NCBI GenBank assembly: GCA_027604505.1
Contig: JADIIX010000142.1
Coordinates: forward strand, 1-56,852
Source of the DNA: Gonapodya sp. JEL0774
Taxonomy: Eukaryota
Direction of reading: 5' to 3'
Length of the DNA: 56,852 nucleotides
The notes below the pieces were generated by a model. It saw only the letters and a program-made list of their open reading frames with translations, was not told the origin of the DNA and did not search any database. This document shows, in pieces, positions 37,722 to 48,500 of the stretch. A program made the translations under genes and the position numbers. Numbering within the stretch: position 1 is the stretch's first letter; every line of letters starts with the position of its first letter.

Positions 37722-39141
37722 ATGAGGTTAGCCTGCAAAAGATGTGATACGCCTCCTGCTACCCTTTTGGTCTCGCTGGGAACGGTGATGCTGACGCTGT
37801 TCGTTGCCTTGGATGTTCTGGAATACCCCAAACGCCGAACATACTATTGCGGTGATGGGCCGCCAGCTCTCCCCGAAGGAGGTACGCTTTGTATTCGCTG
37901 TGAAGTCTACTTCTCTCGTCTGCAAATTCACCACAGTTGTGGACTTTGACTCGCGTCGTCTCCCGCCCATCTGTCCGGTGCCCTCAGGATTGAGACAGAC
38001 GTCATGAAACTTCTCATGTCGGACTATGAGGTTACGCTTGTGAACGATAATATGCAGGAGTTTTATGTTCGGTTCCACGGTCCAAAGGACAGTGAGTATT
38101 ACGTGATGTGTGCGAAATACGAGCGGAGGGCAGGCGGGCCGCCATTTGTGGCAGAGAACTGGCATTATAGATTTGGAGAGCTGAGTGGCTGGCTGCTTGT
38201 GCTCGTAGGGAGGCTTTGGGGTTTTGGAAGGTTTCGGCTCAGCTGGGATGAAACTTTGGAGTCTCATGACCAACCTCCCTAAGTTCTACGCGAGGAATCA
38301 CTTTCAAGTATGGAAGTGCTAATTTGAATGCTAGCAAATCTCTGTTTTGCGCGGTTAAAAGTGGGAACTATGTCGATGGATCGCTGTCGATGTGAAAATC
38401 GTATGCCCTCAAAAGGCTGTCTTCGATCAACGAATGCTAACGCTCTCTGGTATCATTTATAGCTCCTTTCAGCAACGGTGTCTGGAAAGTTCACGTGGAG
38501 CTCCCAGACCAGTACCCCTATAAGAGCCCGTCGATTGGGTTCACCAACCGAATATTCCACCCAAATATTGACGAGCGGTATGTGCGCGTGGATGAAAGTT
38601 TAGCAAAGATAATACTTCGAATGTTCTCTTTTTCTGTTTTCGGCCGCCCATGTTGTACGATGTTCAGCTCTGGCTCCGTGTGCCTCGACGTCATCAACCA
38701 GACATGGAGTCCCATGTTCGGTGGGCATGTATGCGAGTTTTAAGCCTTCTGAAAACTGCTTATTTCAAATTCAATTGCGGCTCACATAGACATGATCAAC
38801 ATTTTCGAGGTGTTCATTCCCCAGCTTCTCCGTTATCCAAATCCTACTGACCCCCTCAATGGCGAGGCAGCAGCGCTGCTCATGAGGGAACCGCAATCGT
38901 ACGAAGCGAAGGTGAAAGGTTAGCTGAGCTTTCGCTATGGGGGCGTGGATCCCGTGTCGGCTCAAAAGTAGCGCCACAATCTGAGTTTTACAATCCGACT
39001 CGCCCGTCTCCTCCAGACTATGTGAAGCGATATGCCACCAAAGACATTGTGGATGGCGATGACAGCGACTCTTCGGATGAGGACGACGAGAGCGACAGAG
39101 AGAGCTTTGAAGAGGACGAGGCGGCAGGTTTGGAGCTGTGA
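37722..39141 (+). CDS. UBC8: Ubiquitin-conjugating enzyme Ubc8/UBE2H
   Basis: [15 protein letters not shown] (coding exons 37722-37726 and 37867-37881), [54 protein letters not shown], acidic tail. Confidence 0.95.
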
Positions 39142-39149
39142 GATGGGTC

Positions 39150-39265
39150 GTGAGAAAGCCGTGATCTCGATTTGAATGAAATGGAGTAGTCTCCAAGGGG
39201 ATGTAGAGATGTAGAGAAGGGTGGTGAGAAAGCCGCGATCTGAATTTGATTGAGACGGAGCAGTA
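39150..39265 (+). repeat. Imperfect ~40-bp direct repeat in the UBC8 3' region
   Basis: gtgagaaagccgtgatctcgatttgaatgaaatggagtagt versus gtgagaaagccgcgatctgaatttgattgagacggagcagt. Confidence 0.7.
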
Positions 39266-41727
39266 GGACAGGACAGGACACGTTGCCTTTCATCGGGATA
39301 GCGGGTTAACACGATACCAATTGTCTGAACGGACAAACGGAAGGGATAGGAATAGTGGACCGAATCTTTGTGTTCATTTCAGTTTTATGAGACAGATGCA
39401 ATCGATATCAGTTTATTCTACTTGACTAACCTGAGTTGGTTGCGCGTTGGCGTTGATCTTATCAAGAGTCCGGTGTACCACTTTCGCCTCGAAGGACAAC
39501 TGGCTCTCCAAAATGAACTGCTTTGTTGGACGATAGCCGAACAACTGGATTCATTCACAACCCCTGACATAAACGTATTACTGTAGTTGCTCGTAGCACT
39601 TCACAAGACTGATACAAAACCCCTTCTTCTTTGAGGTGGCAAGGGTGGGCGAGCTTGGGAGTAATAGTTATGCAAAGCAGTTAGTGGCCCAGATTGGCAG
39701 TGAAGCACATACTGCATGGTGCAATGATTCGACAAAAAACAAAGTGGTGACGGGCCTTGATGGGCGATGACGAGAACAACAGTTCCCATTTAGGGGGAGA
39801 ACGGATTGTTGCTTCCCTTCCACAAATTATCAGAGCCCTCATTATCAAATTTGCTCTGTTGCCCGGTTGACATGCTGACTCGCTTGTACTTCGCATCCAA
39901 TGGACGTTTTTCAAAATGCGTCAAATAAAACGAAAGATACCCATACAAACAAAATGTCGGTCGCAATTCTGTGGGTACCTTCAGGACGGCGATAGGCCTC
40001 AGGGATCGGTTGCCTTCGCAAACCAGTTGCCCTGCGCCCTGGATGTGGAGTGAAAAATCTGTTCCTCATTCTGATTGGGAACAGTTCCATTACTTCAGAA
40101 AATAGCATGCGCCGAAGATTTATAAAGTGCAGAACTTCTGATAGATATCATCCCATCGGAACGCATCTGCCCATTCACTTGTCTTCACTTCTCTTATCCT
40201 GCACAAACTCTTCGATTTGCAATGGTGAGCTATCCACAAGGAGGCGGGCTTCTCTCCACACAAAGTACGATGCAGAGAACTTCGACTTTGGGATCTCCTT
40301 CCGCCACTCTTACTGTGGAACCGCGTTCAGGGGGACAACATCCCGAGATCGAATACCAGGAATTGCGAAGTTCTGATGTTGACTCCGCGATGTGATACGA
40401 AAGCTAATTATAACCCTTTCACACTTCATTCAATCACCTGAATGCTGATCACCGACAGGCTGCTCCACGTGACTTCGACAAGGGGCTGGTGAGTTCCAAA
40501 CATTCTTTTCGATGAAGGGATCGCATCTCTGAAATCTCTTCGCTTCTCTGTTTCCCATTCAGTTTGGGTGCTTTGACAACATCGACACCTGTCTGGCAGC
40601 ATCTTACGCTCCATGCGTCGTCCATGGACAAATCATGGAGGCCGAAGGCCAAGGTGATATGTGGGGAAACTTCTTCACTTACTGGTTGGTGCCTCGTCGG
40701 AATTGTCGGTTGCCTAGTGGTCATTTCACTCACGGCATCACAAAAGTCTTTTCTCGGCCGTAGGACTTCACGCAATTCCGGGAAGCAAGAGGCGTGGACT
40801 CGTCAGGCAAAACCGTAACATTGAGGTTTGTCTCCTTCCGACAAGGGAAATCGTGATCCTTTTTTTCTCACGTGCAAACCGTACAATGTTCTCAGGGGTC
40901 CGGTGGTTCCGATTGCTGTACCGTTTGCTGCTGCGACACCCTTGCCTTGACTCAAGAGAAGAACGAAGGTATTTGTCCTCCTAACTACTGTGCTATTTTG
41001 GGGGGTTATCATGTCACTCACGCTAGTTAACAATGCTCGTCTCCAGTTACCAAATACCCGCTCGCTCAATACGCTGCGCAACAACCCGGCGGTATGCAGA
41101 TGGCACCACCTATCCCAAAACAATAAGATTATTTTCGCAATTCGGAGCGTCCGCATCTGTTGCATTGCTGAGCGATGAAAGATCTAACGTTATTTGCCAC
41201 AGAATTAATGAAATTGTACCTCCAAATACTACACTTCAATGCAATCAAAACTGCACTATTATCTAGAATGGAGTACCGACCAATCGACCGTACACTTGAT
41301 GATTCGTGTTCATTGTGCTGTTGGAGAACTGTACACGGTGCTCTCGGAAGGGACTTACTTGTGTTACAATGAGGGACCCGACTGTTTGGAAGGACAGTCA
41401 ACAGAAATTAATCCGCTTTTGGGAACGAGGTTGACCAAGCTGAAACAACGGTGTGCCGATGGATTTCGTTGTTTCACATCAGTTCTGGTGATCACACGAG
41501 ACGTTAATGTTTGAAGAAGCTACGAAACCTTGATTGCTAGTGATTTGGACCCACAGTAAACGCTTGGGAAGTTGCATAAATATAAATGAAATACTGGTGG
41601 CTCTTCCGCCACCGCTCCAAGACTTGACGGGAAGACTCGTATTTCCAGTGACATTAGCGGATTAACTATTTGTACAGTTAAACAATGAGACGCAGAATTA
41701 ACATGCCACTTTCGACTTCCGCTAGAA

Positions 41728-44191
41728 TCAGATGTCCACGTTTTCAATGAAGACATGCTCCCCACAACGCAGCTTGGCGGCGAACTTCACCGCTTTGGGA
41801 TCTTCATTAAGCGTTAAAACCGCTAGGACTTTACCGGTGCTCTTTTCATGATACCACGCCGAAAAGTGTGGGTTCGTAGGGTGCTCAGGCTCTCCCTGAA
41901 TGCTAACAGAAATCGGGGAACCATCGGATCCCGGCTGTGGAGACGTAAGGTGACCAGAAAAGCGGAAAGATTTGTCCAATTGACCAGTCCAGAAGAAGGG
42001 TACGGCTTGATTTGGATGAACACTTAGCACTCACACACCGTAGAACCTGTTGAGAATGGGAGCAACTACTCATCTCACCTTCGAACTTGTACAACTCCTC
42101 TCCAGCAAGCTCTCGAGCAATATTCCGACCAGCTAACCTTCCTTGGTCTTGGAAAAGCGTGCATATTACGGATATCCCACTTCAGAACATCAGAATCGGA
42201 TTAACTTACTGATTGCCACATCCCAATGTTCAATCCTCAGGTCTGATTCCGGCCGGTGCCACACGTCCGGAAATCGGCACGCGTCACCGGCCGCAAATAC
42301 GCTATCGACTCCTTTCACCTTTAAATGAACATCAGATAAGATAGAGCCATCCTTCGGGTGTAGAGGAATGCCACTCGATCCACGAAGGAACGACGTGGCC
42401 GGGACAACGCCGACAGCGGTCTAGCATTACAAAGAATGACCTGTTTAGTTATTGTTTATGGAATGCTGGGAACATGGCCACGCACCACAACCACGTCCGC
42501 CGGCAGTTCAGTGCCGTCGACCAGGACGACGCCAGCAACCTTGGTTCCGGAAGCGTCCGCTTTAAAAGAGGCAACGGAACCCTTGAAGAACCTGTTTTAA
42601 TCCGCATTGATATGCGTGTCTTTGAGAGTCTATTGTTCTTCGAAACTCACTTCAGTCCCTTTGCCTCATAAGCCGCCCTGAATACCCTCTTTCCAACTTC
42701 AGATCCCAGTACAGTCTCCAATGGTTCGTCTTCCAGCCCCACCAGGACTATCCTTGATTGCGGATATGCCTTGAGGACATACGACGCCACCTCCAATCCA
42801 ATGAAGCTGGTTCCCACGACAAGTAAATTAAAAGCACCAAGCTTGGCGGCCGAAGCCGCAATCAAGGATTCAGTCAGGTTGACTGAATCAGCTGCGGCGC
42901 GTATTGAATGGATTCCAGCGAGGGTATTGTTCGACACTTTAAGGACACGGGGTGCGGCTCCCGGCGCAAGGAGGAGTTTCGAGTAGGAGATGGTGACCCC
43001 AGCAGTAGTGGTGACGACAAACTTTGAAGTATCTATGGAAGCGACGGTCTTGGAAGATAAGAAGTCAGAAACATTACGTTATTGTATGCTTAAAATGTGG
43101 ACGATATAAATCAACCACACCGTTCCAAGCCGTATATCAATCCCGAAATCGTCAAACCACTTCTGATTTCGAATGGGTAAGCCCGCCAAATCCTTTTCGA
43201 GAATAGGACCCTTGGAAAAACGAATTCGGTTGACTGGGAGGAGATTTTCAGAAGAAAGAACGATGATGGGACCAGGGAAAGATGCAAGACGTATTGTCGA
43301 CACGGCTAGAAGCAATATCAAAATGAGGAGTGAATGAATCTCAGCACTCGTAAAGATAATCATCCGCCACGCAAGTACTGTCTCCGCTGTAACAAGGTGG
43401 CCACAAAAGGACCCTCTCAGCAAGCAGCAGGTGCAGGTACCAACCTCCCAAGGCAGCGGCGCCACCGCCAATGATGACAACCGGTTTTCCTTGTTTCGAA
43501 AGAGTGAGACCTTGTGGAACCGCAACGGGCCTGAGGGGCAGCCACCCTTTCTGATTTGCTTCCACAGAGCTTATTGATTCACCACGGACCACAATCCACC
43601 CATCGGAAGTGAAAACTTCGTACGACTTAAGGTTTTCCCAGCCGGGGCCATCCTCTGAGAAATTTAATTTGGGTCAGTGAGTGTGGGCAGTTTGGTCCGA
43701 TGTCGAGCGATGCATCACCAATGTCACCGCAGTCAGCTTTGCGTACGCTTCCACCGTTGACGCAAAAGGCGGCAGCGTGCCAGGGGCAAATTATCAGTCC
43801 CGATTTCGTTAGTGCACCCTTTACCAGGGGCGCTCCAACATGCCTGAGTTATGTATAGAAGGAAGCCCGATGAAAAGACAGCCTGGTGCAATCGTGGCAC
43901 AAATACGCTTACGTGCACGCGTGCGAGGTGGCGGTGATGCGACCATTGACTTTAGAGAGGAGAATCTGCGTTGGCGACCGGGGAGAACTCAAGCATTTAA
44001 TCGAGCGGGCGCCCGATGTCGAGACAAGCGGAGTTTCTCCATCCTCTACTACTTTTTGACCTTGTCGCAGATGCGGCTTGTAAGCTTACCTTACCCCCTG
44101 AAAAAGGAACTTCCTTCATCGTATGGTCAGACAGATCAGTTTCTTTGAGAACTCTCTCTTCCACCAGGGTGTCAGACGAGAGTAGAGCCAT
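41728..44191 (-). CDS. Rieske [2Fe-2S] + FAD/NAD(P) oxidoreductase (AIFM3/fungal AIF-like)
   Basis: Spliced Rieske motifs CTHVGAPLVKG...CPWHAAAF, DIEDGPG, FAD motif VVIIGGGAAA, NAD motif VVGTSFIGLEVA, FAAGDA, RIEHWDVA and VPFFWT. Confidence 0.9.
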
Positions 44192-44456
44192 TTTTACTAG
44201 GTTCAATCGGCGTGAAGGGGTCGCGAGATCGGACGTCATGCAAGAAGAATGTGGTAGTTGGGCGGTACAGTTACGTGTGATCATCAAATCGTTTTGGGAA
44301 TGGCGCCAGAATTGTATTTATCATCACTCTCCGTTTATGTAAAACGACGCCGGTATATCAACGCCTGCTATACAAAATGTTTTATGTAAGCTCCCTTGCT
44401 CACTCCAGAACAACTGTGGTGACAGCAACTCGAGCCCGAAAACACAGCACCTCTCC

Positions 44457-45089
44457 TCAAGAAGACGCCTTTGCAATAGTGGAACCACCCGCATTCGGAA
44501 CATATTGAGGGAGGCTGTCCCCAACCGGGAGTTGCGCAGCAGCGGCATCACCAGCGACAAGCCCTGCAGAATTCGACGGATCCATGGTCTTGCCTCGAGC
44601 TTCTGCCTCCAGTTTGCGCATCATCTCCATCCTTTCATCCATCGCTCTTCTCGCCTGGAGAGTTCAATGACGTGGTGTGGTTAGGTGACGGAAATTCAAA
44701 ACGACAATGGAATAATGCAACTTACCATTTCCCTGCTCGCATCGAACTCCGTTTTGAATCGTTCAGTCTCCGCGATGATAGCCTTCGCTTCCTTCCTCCG
44801 ATTCCAATAGTAGGCGATTACAATGAGGGTAACTAGTATGAGAAGCACCAGATTGATTATAGAAGATCATTCACCAAGGATGCGACGACAACAAGGCAAC
44901 GGCGCACGCGTACGCTCAATCCCAAAGCTAAGTGGCAAACCATCAGGGATGGACCTTCCCAAATTTTCCTGAAGGTACGGGGGTGATGCAAGGACAGAAT
45001 GTGGGATAGTCTAGCTCACCAATAACGAAAAATAGGGCCGCTAGACCCCCGACAAGCTCTGCTACTTGTGCCCCACTCGACAGAGACAT
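44457..45089 (-). CDS. 124-aa single-pass membrane protein with C-terminal LPxY motif
   Basis: Exons 45089-45020, 44832-44726 and 44654-44457 join in phase: MSLSSGAQVAELVGGLAALFFVIVTLIVIAYYWNRRKEAK...LPQYVPN...ASS*. Confidence 0.75.
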
Positions 45090-45562
45090 GACCAGAAGTT
45101 AGAAGTGTGAGAGCGAGCGATGGCTAGCCGGAGTGCTTGGATCTTTAAATGGCATCGGCAGTGGTGAGCCGATGAGCTCTTTTCTTCAACGCGGGAAAAT
45201 GGGCGCCTGCGACTCACGTCAATTTGAGTACGGTCCGCACGTGGTGGAGAGTATTTTACCCGTCCGATGTGCTCTGGCGATTACCCAAAGAGAATTGGGA
45301 CCTGCCGGGGGACATGTGGGCACACCGGTTCATTTCCTTCAACCGGGAGAAATTTTGCCTCTGAACTTTATCAAAATTGCCTCCCTCCGAACCTTATTCT
45401 GTTATGTATGTTTTCAAATATTGATCATTTTAATTGCTTCATCAAGCAAGATATGATTACCATTGCAAAATTATAATATTTTTTCCATCTGCGAATTGGT
45501 ACGTTACAATCAGAGAAATGTAAGGATTGTTCGAATACATATGAGGGAATTCAAGACATGAT

Positions 45563-48500
45563 TTAAAGTCCGCTCCCGTCACTGTCACTGTCCTGAAATT
45601 CTTCACCAGCATCACTTTCATCACTGCCGTCCTCGCTTTCTTCGTCCTCATCTTCACTCCCGCCACCTGCTGCATTTCTTCTCGGTCTCGCGGCTATCGA
45701 GCCTGCCAGCTCTTCGATGTTCAGCCCGAACATCTCTAAGACTTGTCCAGTTTGGAACTCTTCCTTCTCCCCCAAAAGGGTCTCATTGCCAAGTTGGTGG
45801 GCAGAGCGAGAGGAGGAAGACGTGGCGGCAGGAATGAGAGCACTTGTCACCAAGAGATTCTGACCAGTCGCTTTCTTCGATTCTGCGTATTGTAGAATTT
45901 TTTCTGTTTGAGGTCAATTCATGTGAAATGATATATAGAAGGTAGTGAGGGTAGAGGAATGGATGTGCCGCAGCAATATTGTATGTGGGCATACCGTTAA
46001 GCCACTGTCACGTTTCAAGCTCCTTCATCATCCTCCGCAGCCCTTCTGGGACTCACCTTCAATTGTCCCTCCAATAATAAGACGAATGACTGTTGTAGGA
46101 CGAGTTTGTCCGATACTAAAAGCAAACCATTTTATGGAATACGAAAATAGAAGCGATCAAGCATGACTCACCGGTTCACGCGGTTAATTGCCTGTGCCTC
46201 AAGGCCAGGATTCATGTTGGGCTCCAAGAGATACACCGCATTGCAGCATGTGAGGGTCAACCCTGCTGCCCCTTCTCTGGACTTCATGGACACCAGGATT
46301 ATCTTCACTTTTGGATCGCTTTTGATCGCCTCCAAAGCTTCACGACGCCGCTCCATTCCTGGCAAGCTGAAGTTAACAGTAATGATACCATTCTTCCATA
46401 GAGCTTCAAAAACCATGTCGTGCATGTTCTTCCAGGCCGTGAACACCACAGCCTTGGAGAAAGAGAAAGAAGCACAGAAGATCAGAAGATCAGAATCCTG
46501 GAGAAATGCAGGTCATACTTACTTTGAAGGCAGGGTCCATTGCGATTCTTTCTTTTATATCTACAATAAGGCCAGAGATTTTTGTTCCGTACTCTGGGAC
46601 GTGGTGCATCATGAACGCAATGCGGCCTTGAACTCCCGATTAAGAGCGTATCCTCACCTCCTTCGACAGACTCTCGGAAGAGGGCAGACATATCAACTTC
46701 CATATGACTGGCCGCAGCCAAGAGGTTCGCGACTTGATCCGATTCGTTCTCTTCTTCTCCCACCTCAAGAAAGTCCTTGGCGGCTACTTCGGCACGACAC
46801 CTGTTGATGTAGTCCACTTTAATGACGAAACTCCAGGAGGGAGAAGAAAAGTTCCCCTACATTGGGCATGTTCCTCCCGTTGAGAGCCAACGTTTGAGGC
46901 TAAGAACACAAAGAGTACACATTAGCCAAGGTCTCGTTCACCAAAACGTGAAGTCACATACCAGGCAGCATCGAATTTGGCGAGACAGCTGCAAGACGAA
47001 ATCAGAGCACGATGCAACATTGTGTGAGTTGCACGCTGTGGCTATCACAGTTTCAAGGACTAGCACACGAACCATGGTACCAAAATAGGATCCGTAAAGT
47101 TGTCTGTTAAAACAGGAATGGTCAGTGAGGACCAGTACCGAAGAGCTCCACATGGAAAGGGCAACGAATCTCATCAACCTACCATTGCAAATTATGCATT
47201 CGTCTGTCTCTATGGTGGGTCGAGTTGCGTTTCTCTCGGGATTCTGAGGTAATGGAATAAGATCCTCAACAACGGCTTTCCCTTTGCCCTTGGTGTCCAC
47301 ATGTGTTATACTGGAAAGTGAGGAACCGTCTGATGGGCGGGCAATCCCACTTTTGGTGTCCTTGTGTGAGGTAACTTGACAATGCTCCTTCATAGTTTTC
47401 TCCTCGATCTGGTTATTGACGTGACGCAAGTCGGCTTCCTTCACTTTTATGTCGTTTTCTTTGCGTTTTAAGGACTGCCAAATGGTGGGAACATGTCGCT
47501 TTGGTGTTCGAACCTCTTCATGGACAGCTGAGTACAATGGAGAATGAGGTGAAAATCTGCTACTGTCTACACACAACAGCATCAACAAACCTCTATTTCG
47601 CAAACCTTCGTGATTTTCCGCTTGGATACTAGCAACCTTGACGAACTCAATGTTGTAGAATCGCAATTCAACATCTCGAGGATTCAAATCCACACTCATA
47701 TTAGGGAAAGTTGTCCTTTCGGCGATAAGATCCGGGTCAGAATCAGATATTTGCTCGATAAGGTTGAGAGTCGAAAACTTTGCGCGGAGCCACCGAATCA
47801 AGGCCATAGGAGTTTCGCCAAAGTACTGATTGTATGATTTAACACTCGGGGCATACATTGGAACAATTCACGGCACAACTCACTACGTGTAAACGTCGAA
47901 GCCTCTCGTCAGCATCCATCACCCGTTGCAGATTAACATTGATAACATTGAGACACGGTTTTAACAACGAGGTCAAAACCTCATTGAGATTGGAGAATGG
48001 GATATCTTTGAGCCTCTTCCCCAACTTGGCCTTCTCAACAAGTAAGCCGTACGACAGAGTCATCGCCTCAAATACCCAGTCCAATTCAAGATCCGCCAAC
48101 TCTAAGGCAGTTTCTTGCTGCACTCGAAGGAGAATTTGCTTCTCCGTGAGTCGTTCCTTATTTTTCTGAACGAATCGAGAGGCAACTGCTCGTAACAGAA
48201 GAACCGTCTTCAAACTCGAAGCGCAGCCAACAAGTTTATACACTATCCCCACTTACTTTGAGGGTGATTGCAAGCTTGCCTTAGTTCCAAAATTCGTGCC
48301 ATAACCTGCGTGTCCAGAGTAAGGCTTCCTTTTGCCTGAAAGATGGTCTTCAAGTAGCCTTTAGCGTCTGCCAGTAACCTCTGATACCACAAAGCCTCCG
48401 TCTTGGAAAAAGTCATCCGCAATTCGTGATGTGACATCGGTGGAATCTCCATCTCGTGTGCTACATCTTCTTTGCTGTGCCTCCACATAAACTTGCGAAG

